DNA of 64,000 nt from NCBI GenBank assembly GCA_951406725.2, contig OX597814.1:135904001-135968000 (forward strand). The letters run 5' to 3'. The position numbers and the translations under genes are program-made. Positions 1 through 12,598 of this stretch are shown here, in pieces. Numbering within the stretch: position 1 is the first letter of the stretch; each line of letters starts with the position of its first letter. Under the pieces are notes generated by a model. The model was given only the letters and a program-made list of their open reading frames with translations, was not told the origin of the DNA and searched no databases. The stretch is from Octopus vulgaris. Taxonomy: Eukaryota.

Positions 1-821
1 TTTGCTTCCTCCTTGAATATTCAAATATAAATGTAAACATATACTTTTTATTGTAAAAACACACCTGTTCTAACTGGACATACAAACATCTCTAGAAAAG
101 TCAACTTCAACCTCCACAATATTACCTTACATGAAATATACAAACACTTTTTATTGCAATAACACAAACACACATGGAAAAAAAAATGAAAAAAAAAAAA
201 TGATGATGCTAAGATTCTCTCTGGTTGAACACAACTTCTCTATTCACAAACAATACAGGACAGCCCTTCCTTAATTTTTCTTAAGCCTAATAGTAGTAAA
301 CATCTGAACTTTTTTTGACCGATAGAACCCCACCTAAAAAAAAAAAAAAAAAAATATCACTGATGGTGATGGTGATGATGATAATAATGATAGTAATAGT
401 GCTGATAATCTATCTATCTATCTACACACACACTCAAAGAGTTCAACCAACACAAACCTCACCTCCGCTCTATTGTTAACCAAATATGAAAGTATTATTT
501 GACAGGCAAGAACTCTGGCTTTGAAGACAGTCAGCCAGCCAACCACGTGATGGTGATAATGATAAAAAAACAAAAATAACAATAAGATACTGCTGTGACT
601 ACACATAAAACAATATCATTGATGATGATGGTGGTGATGGTGATGGTGATGATGATAATGATGATGGTAATGATGATAGTGATAATAATGGTGATGATAA
701 TAACAATAATAAGCCGACTACGGCTGCTATAATGGTACGATTATAATTGTAACGGCAATGATGGCCGTCTCCCCACGAGCCAATCAAAGCTAAAAAATGA
801 TAACATTATCGTAGCACCAAA

Positions 822-1400
822 ATGTTTTTGGAAACTAAAAGGAAAACTAAATCAGTATACCAAATCGCTTGTCCTATGGTTAATCTGGAAGCGCGTCCCC
901 CAGGGAAGAGCCAACCTGGGATCGAAAAGTCATCAACTGGCACAAACTCTTCTCCGAATACGGACATGGATGGTCACTTGAACGGGAAATCCCCCAACTC
1001 GAGCCCTCCAAGTTCACCACCACAACCACCACAGAAAGAAAAATGTAAGCGGAACAAATGGACCCAAGAAGAGTATAAAGAAGTAATATACGCTTATTAC
1101 TATGCATTAGGTAGGCCATCTCAAGAGAGACACACTGCAAACTCTTACAGTATATGGAGAACATGGAATCAAGACAGTAGGCCCTATTTGGACGAGAACA
1201 AATTAGCAAATGTGAGGAGGGATATCCTTAGAAATAACAGACTCACAGACAGTGAAATAAGCACGATCAAGCACGCAATGGAAAATGACATAAATATAAG
1301 ACACAAAGGAAATGAAGAATCAGATGAACAGTATAGCCCGCCACGAGGCTTAATTGAAAGACTGCCATCTGACCAAAGTATGCAAAGGCCTGAAGATACA
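822..1400 (+). pseudogene. Dong/R4 ORF N-terminal (putative DNA-binding) region
   Basis: ORF 822..1466: KRNKWTQEEYKEVIYAYYYA...LANVRRDILRNNRLTDSEISTIK, matching the equivalent region of the second relic ([23 protein letters not shown]). The ORF's C-terminal tail is out of frame. Confidence 0.75.
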
Positions 1401-2547
1401 AGGCCTGTTCACATCCAATGCCAAAAAATTCTACAGAGAAATAGGGAAGGAGAAAGTAACCGTTAAAGACCCCCCTCCCATGGAAGAAGTTCAAAACTTT
1501 TGGAAAAGGATTTGGAGTGACAAGAAGACGTACAACATAAATGCAGACTGGATTATACAAACTGAAGGATCCTACCAAAATTTACAACAAGCATGGGAAG
1601 ACATCACAATAGCAGACCTAAGAAAGGCACTCACGAAGGCCCATAATTGGAAATCCCCCGGTAAAGATAGGGTGCCGAATTTCTGGCTCGCATCGCTCCC
1701 ATGCGCACACGGTAAGCTAGTTCAGCTGCTCAATGGAATTATGAGAGACCCAAAGAAAACACCTGAATGGTTAGCAAGTGGCATTACTTACCTACTCCCA
1801 AAGAATAACGAAACCAACCTTCCAAAAAACTATCGGCCTATAACCTGTCTATCCACCACGTATAAAATCCTAACATCTATCCTGGCGGAGAAAACATATG
1901 CATTCATGGAGAAGAACGATATTTTCCCCATTGAACAAAAAGGGTGCCGCCGAGGCTCTTACGGATGCAAAGATAAACTGCTAATCAACCGTATGATCCT
2001 TGAGAACTGTCACAACAAGCGCAGAAATCTCAGCACCGCATGGATTGACTATAAAAAGGCTTTCGACAGTATACAGCATCCATGGATCTTGAGATCACTG
2101 GACATCTTCAAAATTTCCCCTGTGATTTCAAACTTCCTGAAGCACAATATGTCGTTGTGGAATACGAATCTCCAATTATACCACTCTAATGGAGTACTTG
2201 CCTCAGAAAATATAAACATCAACTGTGGAATTTTTCAAGGTGACTCACTTTCACCTTTAATATTCTGCATAGCCCTAATACTCCTTACAAGTGAATTAAA
2301 CAGAACAGGGTATGGGTATAAAATTGCCAATAAAAAAATAAGCCATCTATTTTATATGGATGACTTAAAACTTTATGGTAAAGACAATAATGAACTTGAA
2401 GGCCTATTACGCACCGTGAAAGCATTCAGCGATGACATCGGGATGGAGTTTGGACTTGAGAAGTGTGCCAAGGCCACTTTCCAGAAAGGGAAAGTGAAGG
2501 CCACAAATTCAGTCGTGTTAGATGTTGACAGTCATAAGAGAGCTTGA
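1354..2547 (+). pseudogene. Reverse transcriptase domain of the Dong/R4 element
   Basis: KSPGKD, NYRPITCLSTTYK, EQKGCRRGSYGCKD, AWIDYKKAFDS, GIFQGDSLSPLIF, HLFYMDDLKLY, GMEFGLEKCA. Confidence 0.92.
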
Positions 2548-3893
2548 GCAAGAACAAACATACAAATATTTAGGGATAAATGAGGGCTCTGGTATTCAGC
2601 ATGCAAGCATGAAAGAGAAAATCAGGAAGGAATGTTATAGGAGAGTTCGTGCAGTCCTGAAATCTGAACTAAATGCACGTAACAAGGTGTTAGCTATAAA
2701 TTCCTTAGCAGTTCCAGTTGTTACTTATAGCTACAATGTGTTGAACTGGAATATGAGTGAAGTAAAGAATATAGATAGGAAAATACGCAAGCTGCTGAGT
2801 TGTAATAGGATGCACCACCCAAAGGCAGACGTAGATCGCCTTTACCTTCCCAGAGCCCAAGGAGGTCGAGGCCTGATCCAATTTGAACTAGCTTACAAAA
2901 CAACCACAATTGGACTGGCCAAATATCTCGAAATATCGAATGACTGGATGCTAAAGCTCGTGGAAAATCACGAGAGACGAAAGAAGCTTCATTCTATCAT
3001 AAAGGAAAGCAAAAAATTTGCTATTGATCTCGTGCAGGATACCCAAACTGAACAACCCGAGGGAAGTACGGCAACTATTGTTGCAAAGAAGGTGAAAATG
3101 ATGGCAATGAAAAAAGCGCACGAGCAATTGGCTGATAGGTGGGAGGACAAACCTCTGCACGGCAAATATGTGACCCGCAGCAAACAAGCTGATGTTGACC
3201 AGAAGCAAACCCATCAGTGGCTACGGAGCTCAGGGCTAAAAGCAGAGAGCGAAGGTTTTATCCTGGCTGCTCAAGATCAAAGCCTATTAACTCGGAACTA
3301 CCAGGCCAATGTGATGAAAAATGGAGCAGACCCAAAATGCCGATTCTGCAACGACATGATTAAAACAGTGGACCACCTAATCTCTGGATGTAAAGTCTTA
3401 GCACCAGTGGAGTATAAATTAAGACATGACAGAGTTGGCCAATATCTCCACTGGCTAATAAGTCGGCATTACAATATCAAAACTGCCGACAAGTGGTATA
3501 ATCACCACCCTGAGGCTGTAACTGAAGGAGAAAATGTGGGACTTTCCAGTACATACAGACCGAACCATCAAGGCCAATAAACCAGATATTGTTGTGAAAG
3601 ACCAAAACAATAAAGTTTGCTTATTGATCGACATGAGCATCCCCTGTGATCATAATATCTCAGCGAAAGAGTTTGACAAGCTCAGAAAATATAAAGACCT
3701 ACTCATTGAAATTGAGAAAATGTGGCATCTTAAGGCGGTTACAATACCAGTGATCGTAGGAGCACTAGGAATGATCAAGAAGGGAACCGAAAATTATATG
3801 AGAATGATCCCTGGCTTACCATCCCTGCAAGAAGTGCAAAAGATTGTCTTAACTGGTACATCACACGTATTGAGAAGAGCATTGTCGATGTGA
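2522..3893 (+). pseudogene. RT thumb, CCHC zinc knuckle and restriction-like endonuclease of the Dong/R4 element (two frames, shift near 3535)
   Basis: YKYLG, RLYLPRAQGGRGL, LKAESEGFILAAQDQSL, CRFCNDMIKTVDHLISGC, RHDRV, then WDFPVHTDRTIKANKPDIVV..IDMSIP..KYKDL..PVIVGALG; stop at 3893. Confidence 0.9.
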
Positions 3894-4085
3894 GAACTGT
3901 TGCTGCTCATGTATTTTAATTTAACTTAAAAAAAAAAAAAAATGAACGAACTACTGAGTTTGGTTTAATGGCCTACCAATGTATACTATGAGTTTCTTTG
4001 CCCTAGGAGTCGGGAAGACACTCGGCAATCAATGGAAGCAAATTTGAAAGAAGAAAAAAAAAGTAATAATAATAATAATAATAAA

Positions 4086-4417
4086 TGCCCTGATGCTGTA
4101 CCAGGTACTGGCTCTCAGGAATTCTGATCTTAACTGATTGGAAGTGTCATCATGTATATGTTTTGCCTTGGTGTAAAAATATGGGCTACAGCAAATATTC
4201 TGCTCAGTACTACAGACGTGCTTGTCAGTTGTTTGACCTTAACAAGTGGAACATGTCCCTTAGTGGCTGATGATATGTGCATCTCTAAGCAGTAGTAGTG
4301 GGGAGGCATCATAACCATGTGTTGAGAGGATTTCCTTGGGGTTTGAATAATTCACCTCTGGTTATATGGCTGTTTTGTTCATCAACCTTAAACAACTCTC
4401 ATTCATGGACCTTTTGA
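4086..4417. repeat. Truncated copy of the 555-bp TAA-flanked element (full copy at 6081-6635)
   Basis: Colinear with 6081 onward from TGCCCTGATGC to GACCTTTTGA; starts right after (TAA)n. Confidence 0.85.
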
Positions 4418-4424
4418 ATTGCCA

Positions 4425-5250
4425 AACAGAGAGAGAATGGAAAACCCGGACAATGATGGGTACAAGTACCTTGGGATCCTGGAGCTGGATAATATCTTGT
4501 CTTGAGAAATGAAAAACAAGGTCATCACTGCATATTTGAAGTGCCTCAAACTTCTCTTGAGATCAAAACTCAATCGAAGGAACCTTGTGACTGCCATCAA
4601 CATATAGGCTGTTGTTGTAGTCTGCTAGAGTGCACCCATCCTGAAATGGACACAAGCAGAGATTAACCAACTCGAATGCACAATCCGAAAGACAATGACA
4701 ATCCATGGTGCCCTCCACCCTAAGGCAAATATACACAGGCTCTACATGAAGAGGTGTAAAGGTGGACACGGACTGATTAGCATACAGGAGTACATCAACA
4801 GTGAAAGAAGAAACATGGAGGAATATTTGGTAAGCAGCAAACAAGACCTGCTACAGTATGCTGCTAATGCAGAAGGATTTAAAGGCGGCGAGTTGGCAGA
4901 AAGTTAGCATACCAGGCAAAATGCTTAGCAGTATTTTGTCTGTTTTTACGTTCTGAGTTCAAACTCTGCCAAGTTCGACTTAGCCTTTCGTCCTTTCGGG
5001 GTTGATAAATTAAGTGCCAGGTGCATACTGGGGTCAATCTAATTGACTGGCCTCCTCTCTGCAAATTTCAGGCCTTGTGCCTAGAGTAGAAAAGAATGCA
5101 GAAGGATTTATCAAAATTGGACTTGAGGGTGCTAATGAATTCCAATCAGGAAGAGCCAATGAGGGAGAAGAAACTCTACTCTGCATAGTATTACACGGTC
5201 AGTTCCACCATGAAACTAACATAATAATATTGGATACTGTGCGACATCTT
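4425..5250 (+). mobile_element. Older R4/Dong-clade relic (RT thumb region), interrupted by a SINE
   Basis: GYKYLGILELD..LKLLLRSKLNRRNLVTAIN..MTIHGALHPKANIHRLYMKRCKGGHGLISI..LHGQF, with in-frame stops. Confidence 0.85.
4882..5094 (+). mobile_element. tRNA-derived SINE with Meta-like central domain, 16-bp TSD
   Basis: Head GGCGGCGAGTTGGCAGAA..GAGTTCAAA; central GCCTTTCGTCCTTTCGGGGTTGATAAATTAAGT; exact TSD AATGCAGAAGGATTTA at 4866-4881 and 5095-5110. Confidence 0.88.
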
Positions 5251-5264
5251 AAATAATAATGATA

Positions 5265-5838
5265 ATCCTTTCTACTAAAGGCACAAAGCCTGAAATTTTG
5301 TAGGGAGGGTTTAAGTTGATAACATCAACTCTGGTACTCAACTAATACTTTTTTTTTACCAATCTCAAAAGAAGGATGAAAGGCAAAGTTGATCTCGGTA
5401 GAATTTGAACTCAGAACGTGAAGACGGACCAAATGCTGTTAAAAATTTTATTCCGTGTGCCACCTCACCACCTTAATAATAAATAATAAATAATAATAAT
5501 AAATAGATAGTTGGAAAGGACAGACAACATGGTACCATAGACTGCAGACAGCCAGCTCATTACAAATGTACGACTCCATGAATTAGAATAAAACCTGAAA
5601 TAAAAAAAGAATAATAATAATGATAATCCTTTCTACTAAAGGCACAAACCCTGAAATTTGTGGGAAGGGTTAAGTTGATCACATCAACCCCAGTATTTGA
5701 CTGGTACTTAATTTATCTACCCTGAAAGGATGTAAAGTAAAGTTGTCCTCGGCAGAATTTGAACTCAGAATGTGAAGACAGTCGAAATATTGCTAAGCAT
5801 TTTACCTTGTGTGTTATAATTCTGTCAGCTCACAGCCT
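5265..5838 (-). mobile_element. Two copies of the same Meta-like SINE on the minus strand, with a short R4-like tail between them
   Basis: Reverse-complement family motifs (CCTTTCTACTAAAGGCACAA..CTGAAATTT..GAATTTGAACTCAGAA) at ~5265-5475 and ~5625-5838. Confidence 0.8.
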
Positions 5839-6080
<242 letters not shown>

Positions 6081-6635
6081 TGCCCTGATGCAGTACCAGG
6101 CAGTGGCTCTCATGGCTTCTGATCTTAACTGATTGGAAGTGTTATCATGTACATTGTTTTGTCTTGGTATAAAAGATGGGCTACAGCAAATATTCTGCTC
6201 AATACCACAGATTTGCTTGTCAGTTGTTTGACCTTAACCAGTTGAGCATGTCCCTTAGTGGCTGACAATATGTGCATCTCAGATCACGAGCAGAAGTAGT
6301 GGGGGAGCATCATAGCCATGTGTTGAGAGGGATTCTTTGGGGTTTGAATAATTCACCTCTGGAAACATGGGTGGTTCTTTCAACATCCTTAAACAACCCT
6401 TATTCAGAGACCTTTTGAGCGGGATGGGCTACTCAACCTGAAGAAATTTCTAACTGAGCTCCACCTGCAAGTGCATGTGCTGTTTATCTTGATATGAGAT
6501 CACCATGTCGCGCACATATGGTTGTGATGCATGTGCCTGGTGTACCTTTATCAGACGGGTAGTCATGATGGGTATATTGGGCTTCGTATATTTTACCCCA
6601 GTGTCACTTTGATGGCATGCACTGCTCTCTCACTC
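6081..6635. mobile_element. 555-bp non-coding interspersed element flanked on both sides by (TAA)n
   Basis: Second partial copy at 4086-4417 with the same left boundary; no ORF, TIR or tRNA head recognised. Confidence 0.7.
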
Positions 6636-6692
<57 letters not shown>

Positions 6693-6864
6693 TAGATAGT
6701 TTAAAAGAACAGATAGCCTAGTACTTTAGTGCATATCCAATTATAGTATCACCAATTTAGTGAGCGTGGTCACTAATATGAAAGTTGGTAAGAGGCAAAT
6801 ATCAGAAGGCAAATTTTAAAGAAAAATATTTCTCATTAATGAGAGCTGAGAAGCAGTAAGTGTA

Positions 6865-8030
6865 TGTGTACATGATCAGAGAAAGCGTTATAACTTACAT
6901 TTGAAATATGGATTCAGTTGGGAGTCATTATAAGCTAAAAGGAATGGAGCTAGCGTAAACAAAAATATACTGCTCATAACATGATCAGAGTAGTGAGCTG
7001 ATGTCATCCAAAATTTCATGGAGCAAAGTTGGCATAGATGAAATAGGCTGTTCATGATGTGACAAGTTGAGAGCCAATATAATTCAAAGTTTGCTGCATG
7101 AAGTTGGTGTGAAAAACTGTCCATGATGAAGAAGCGATGTTGATGGTCTGCCATTTTTCTGCTAACTGATTAAAACTCCCACTTCACTTCATAGGTAGAG
7201 AACTGCCTTTAGTATTCATATGCACCCAGGAGGATGCCATAACACAACTGTGCTATGACATGACAACTAAAATAACTTTCTTCATATGTTGCAGTACCCC
7301 CTCTGCTCAGACTACAAGTTGATACAAGCAACAGTAATGCAGCAAGAAAAAAAATGGAAGAAAAATGCAGAAAGAAATGTTCAAACAAGGGTAAAACATG
7401 AATACATCAAGAAAAGCAATATTACAAATGCAAGAAAAGGTAAGTATACAAGAATGAGAAAATGACAGGCACTTATATATATATATACAATCTGATGGGC
7501 CAGGGTCCAACAAGACCAATGTGGATGTGAGGGAAGCATGCATCTGGTGTGCTGAAGGTGCCGAGAGGGGCATGAACGTGTTTATGCACCTTTGACCTTT
7601 GGCAGTAGAGGCAAGAGTGAGACCAGCCAGTGACATCATGTCTCATGTTGGCCAGAAGAAACTAGCTGTAATGAGCTTCACTGAGGCTGAGGCTCCAGGA
7701 TACGATAGATTATGCTGGGCTTCGAACACAGCTTGTCTCTGGGATGAAGGGACGAAGAGAATCTGTTGATACATCGCACAAAACATGCTTGTCAGTGGTT
7801 GGCACAGGCAAATATTTGAATTCGAAAGTCACAAGTTCAGGAGAAGATATCTTGATTGAGTCCTGAGGAGGTTGCTCAGAGGACAAAACATTCAGGTTGA
7901 TATCCACAGTGGATGATAAAGAATTAATTGACAGATGGGCCAGTGCATCTGCAGTAGTGTTTTGTGCACCAAAGATGTGTTGAATATTGTTGAGGATGGA
8001 TGAAATGTTGTTGAGCATTTTGCCTGGCAT
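6865..8030 (-). mobile_element. Ty3/Gypsy LTR retrotransposon relic (RNase H-integrase junction, possible PPT and 3' LTR)
   Basis: Minus strand QHIFGAQNTTADALA..VLCDVSTDSLRPFIP, then (frameshifted) FFWPNMRHDVTGWSHSCLYCQRSKVHKHVHAPL..HIGLVGP (integrase zinc finger/core start, ~7495-8030). Purine tract AGAGGGGG at ~7297-7304 precedes a putative LTR; LTR limits uncertain. Confidence 0.75.
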
Positions 8031-8065
8031 GCTAACAATTCGGCCAGCTTGCTGTCTTCATAATA

Positions 8066-8103
<38 letters not shown>

Positions 8104-8222
8104 AATCAAATAGTTAAAAAGAACAGATAGCATGGTACCATAGGCTGCAGGTAGCAAGCCCACTACACATGAAATACTCCAAGAATTACAGCAATACCTG
8201 AAATAAAAATGATAATAATAAT

Positions 8223-8579
8223 AACAAGAGCACTCAGCACAAACATCCGACAAGGCAACACCAACGCCCTCTCAATGATTAGCTGGAGATGATTTTAAAA
8301 TGAGAATATCTGAAATAAACTCGGCTGTTCTCAGAAATGAGAATGCTAAAAATAAACCCAACTGCTCTCAAAAATTAAGTAAAAATAACTAGAAAAATAA
8401 TCCAGAATCCTTGTCCTGTACCAGATCAATCCCAAAATCTAATCAGTTCATGTCAGTCACAAGGCCAAACATCCCTGAAAGTTTCATCTGATTCCATCCA
8501 GCGCTCCTTGAGATATTTTGTCAATGGACAAACAAACAAACATGACTGAAAACAATACCTCTGCCTTCACTAAGGTGGA

Positions 8580-8583
<4 letters not shown>
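8223..8583 (+). mobile_element. Helentron-associated (HINE/DINE-1-like) non-autonomous element
   Basis: 5' AACAAGAGCACTCAG..ATCCGACAAGGC; internal (CAAA)n; 3' GAAAACAATACCTCTGCCTT-CACT-AAGGTGGAGG hairpin; A/T-rich insertion context. Confidence 0.6.
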
Positions 8584-8651
<68 letters not shown>

Positions 8652-8652
8652 C

Positions 8653-8685
<33 letters not shown>

Positions 8686-8709
8686 GTAACAACAACAACA
8701 ACAATAATA

Positions 8710-8789
<80 letters not shown>

Positions 8790-8793
8790 GATA
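8582..8793. repeat. Compound (AAT)n/(AAC)n/(GAT)n microsatellite
   Basis: Seen directly. Confidence 0.97.
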
Positions 8794-8972
8794 AGTTTGC
8801 ATGTTTACGTAACAAAATTAAATGCACAATAAAAAAATTTAGGAGGTAAGCATCTGCCAATATATATAAACTGCATAATTACAAAAACTGTAAACCACAG
8901 TAAAACATATAAAATAAAAAAATTCAGGAATTCAAAAATTCAACTATGTGAACATCAGTATATATACATATG

Positions 8973-9029
<57 letters not shown>

Positions 9030-9354
9030 TATTTTTCTATCAGTTATTAAAAATAGCACAAGGTAACACATTTGACCTCTGCTGACCCCAAGGGTGTGGG
9101 GCCTCTTTTGTCTCCTTATAGCACAGGAATGTCCATTACTGCCCTCTTCACCATCTGCCAAATCTATTTACAGACCTGTAGAATTTGGTCTATTCACCAA
9201 GCTGCTACTCTTCCTCCTACTATTCCTCACATATTTATGATTATCTCAAGTACAAGACAAAAGTTGAAACTAAACAACATTTAATAATACCTTTTAATAA
9301 TAAATGAAAATAATAATAATAATAATATTAATAATAATAATAATAATAATAATT

Positions 9355-11910
9355 TAGCCAAAACTCATGTTGGATCAGAGGAAATATTAACAATGACATA
9401 TAGTAAAAATATGAAAATAATAATATCAGTGACGATAATAATAATAATGATGAAAGGGAGCAGTTGGAATATCCCCATCTCCTGATTGATGATACATCTA
9501 GTGATGGTGTCACAATAAAAACATGTAATTGCGCAACCTGATAATTGCTACCTCATATGAGTGATAATGAAAAAACAAAATATTGAGAATAACAGTGGTA
9601 ATGAAACTGAAGCCCTTAATGGTAACAGTGTTGCACCCAGCAGGCTCAGAGATATTGGTCTGACTCCAGCCTGTCGTTATCCAGCAAGGGACCAGCACAC
9701 ATAGCATAGATGGAACAAACAAGTCAATGGTGTGGTCATGGAGTTTTACTACTTGAGTAACCCTGCAGACAAAAATGTTGCTCATATTAGGGGATACCAA
9801 CAGCATATGTATGATCAATGGTGAGAAAGAGGATTGTTTCAACTCAGGGAACAGAAATTATGTGATCAAGCTAGAGCAATAAGAAAAAATTGTTGGTTCA
9901 CTGAGGTAGAGATTGAAGCTATCAAAAGGCAGGTACTGGAAAACAGCAGCAGAAGAAATGATGAAAATACAGTCCTTATTAATAAAAGTAATCTCATAGC
10001 AGAAGACAGAGGTGAGATCTCTAATAAACCACAGGAAAGAAACAGTGATAGCTTGCTCGGTTAGAGACATATCGATGGTCTGGAAGAAAACAATAAAACT
10101 AATGGTAACATGACAGATGGGCGAAAGTCAATCTACAACAGAATAAAGGCAAGGCTACAGAAGAGTGATAGCAACATTATTTGCAAGTTTAAAAAGGTTG
10201 ATCAGTGGAAATTGAACCAAAAAACAAAAAATGTGAATGAAATTCTGAAATACATCAGAACAAAAAATATCACAGAAACAAATAATTTGATCAAGGCAAG
10301 TATTGTTGTTGTAGAAAATGTGGGTGTTGATGTCAAGAAAAAGAAATATAATGGGAGTGACAAAAGAAAAAAATCCATGGTGGAAAAGAAAAATACAGTC
10401 AGAGTTAGATATGCTCTCAAAGGACATTTCTGTGTTAGGCTGAAAAGAGAAGGGGGAACTTAAAAGTGAACACAAATACAGGGAACTGAACAGGAAGTAT
10501 GATATTGAATGAAAGAGCCTGAAAGTGGTAATGGAGGAACTGAAACAACACCTCATTGCAAAGAAAGCAAAGATGGTAAGATACAACCAAAGAATGAAGA
10601 TATATCAGTAGAATAGGTTATTCAGAGTAGATCAGAAGAGATTCTATACATAAATATGTGGAGAGTGTACAGATGAAAAGTTGATACCAGATAACATTGA
10701 AAGTCAAAGGTTTTGGAGTGACATCTGGAGCAAAGACAAGAAGGATGCTGAATGGTTGCAAGAACTGAAACAAACAGTAGTCTGTCAAAAACAGGCAGAA
10801 CTAGTCATTTCAGTTAGGGAAGTGAAGGAAATCAGCAAAAAAATGGGCAACTGGAGGGTCCCAGGATCAGATGGAGTTCAAGGCTACTGGATCAAAAGAT
10901 TTGGTGAATGTTGTGCATAAATAGCTGCACAACTCAAACACCTTGTTAAATGCTGACCAAATAACACCAGAGCAGTTGACAATGGGTAGTGCTGTGCTTA
11001 AAAAACAGTGAAAAAGGCAACATGGTAGACAATTACAGGCCAATATCCTGCTTGCTAGTTATGTGGAAATTAGTGACTGAAATTGTCACAGAGTCAGTGT
11101 ATGGAATCTGGAGAAAATGGAGTCCTGCCATATGAACAGAATTCAAGAGCTGCCAACAAAATGTCAACCACTTTTTATTCATGGATGACTTCAAACTTTA
11201 TGGTAAAGATGACTGCCCAAGAGCAAGCATTAAGAACCAATTACATCAAATACAGAGTAGACAAAACATCAGAAAGTAATAAGTGCAGAATTTGTGGGCA
11301 AAGTGGTGAAACCATATGGAATATTGCCAGTCAATGTATGCCACTATCCCAGAAAGAATATAAGAGATGTCATGACAATATAGTAATAGATACTTTGTAA
11401 CAGAGCGAAAAAGTGGTATGAACATAAACCCAAAGGCATCATCAAAAATGATAATGCAAAGATCCTATGGGATTTTATGATTCAGTGGGACCATGAGATA
11501 GAGAATAGGAAACCAGACATAGTGTTAATTGAGAAAGAAAGCAAACGATGCTGGATCATAGATATAGCATGCCCAGCTGACAACAAGATACACAATATGG
11601 AAGGAAGAAAAGTCGATAGATATGATAGGTTAGCATGGAAGGTTAAGCAGTAGTGGTTGCTGAAAAATATGGTGGTAGTACCAATAATTGTTGGAGCTCT
11701 GGGAACAGTGAATAAAAATCTTGAGAAGTACATGGAACAAATAGGGGCTGCAATAAGGGTGGAGCACTTGCAGAAAACAGCACTGCTTGGAACCACTTGA
11801 ATACTCCAGATAGTACTCAAAAAATAAGGGGTGTTACCTTAGTTCACTGGTAGTGAACAACTGGCACCATAGCACATCTCCAGTGTTAGAAGCTGTGCAA
11901 AGACAATGAA
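9355..11910 (+). mobile_element. Degenerate, internally deleted R4/Dong-clade element (different family from 713-4063)
   Basis: [33 protein letters not shown]; FWSDIWS; NWRVPGSDGVQGYWIK; NYRPISCL; FMDDFKL; AQEQALRTNY..CRICGQSGET..KRCHD; WDF..KPDIV..IIDIACP..PIIVGALG. Many stops; TAA/TGA repeats at both ends. Confidence 0.88.
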
Positions 11911-12535
11911 ATAATGATGATGATGATGATTTTTCTACTATAGACACAAGGTCTGAAATTTTAGGGAGAGGAGGGTAGTTGACTACAGTAACCCTAGTGC
12001 TTGACTGGTACTTATTTTATTGACCCTGAATAAATGAAAAGCATTGCTAGAATTTGAACTCAGAACATAGATAACTGAAATCTTTTTTTCATGATCTAAT
12101 GATTTCACCAGTTCACCACTGCACAAAGCTAGCAATTCTGAAGAGAGGGGTGAATTGTTAGTTACATCAACATCTATTGACCTAAGAGTAATGACCGGCA
12201 ACGTTGACCTTGAGGGGTTTTGAATTCTGAGCATAAAGAGCTGAAGGAAATATTATAAGGCATTTTGTCTGATGTTCTTAAGATTCTGCCAATAAAAACA
12301 ACATTGTGTTTATGCTTTCCTCACAGACAGACATCAACAAGATAGCATCATTTTAGAATAATTATTAACCACTTGTCACAATTATTCAGTAAAGTAGCAT
12401 TTATAATTAATGCTATGGTGTCTATAGATAAAAAGAAAAGGGTAAAAACAACAAAACATCACAGAGTGTCTGTCAATGTCAGGCTTATTAATAAGCTGTT
12501 GTAAAGCTCTATTAAATAGATAATGTATGACTGAC

Positions 12536-12598
12536 GTTTTTGACTCCTTCCTTCCAAAGAAACTTCTTCTGGTCTTAAATATTCTAATTGTTTACTGG
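12536..12598 (-). CDS. Candidate 63-nt internal coding exon (phase 1-1), unidentified gene
   Basis: Minus strand tttgtctttactacttactgcag|CC AGT AAA..CAA AAA C|gtcagt; only one frame is open, (A)SKQLEYLRPEEVSLEGRSQK. No homolog recognised. Confidence 0.3.

Larger units (their letters stand above)
713..4063 (+). mobile_element. Dong/R4-clade site-specific non-LTR retrotransposon, near full length, inserted in a (TAA)n microsatellite; ORF broken by frameshifts
   Basis: Four overlapping + ORFs give, in order: R4-type N-terminus (KWTQEEYKEVIYAYY), RT (NYRPITCL, WIDYKKAFDS, FQGDSLSP, YMDDLKL), CCHC knuckle (CRFC..H..SGC), RHD motif and PD-(D/E)xK endonuclease (KPDIVV..LLIDMSIP..KLRKYKDL). Flanked by TAA-rich repeats (up to 712, and 4064-4084). 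Confidence 0.93.

Noticed and set aside
713-900. HDV-like ribozyme in the Dong 5' UTR
   Set aside because: CGT-CTCCCC-ACG resembles P3/L3, but I found no matching P1, P1.1 GG or P2 pairing.
1354-3580. Programmed ribosomal frameshifting between the Dong ORFs
   Set aside because: R4-clade elements have a single ORF; the breaks coincide with missing conserved residues and lack slippery heptamers.
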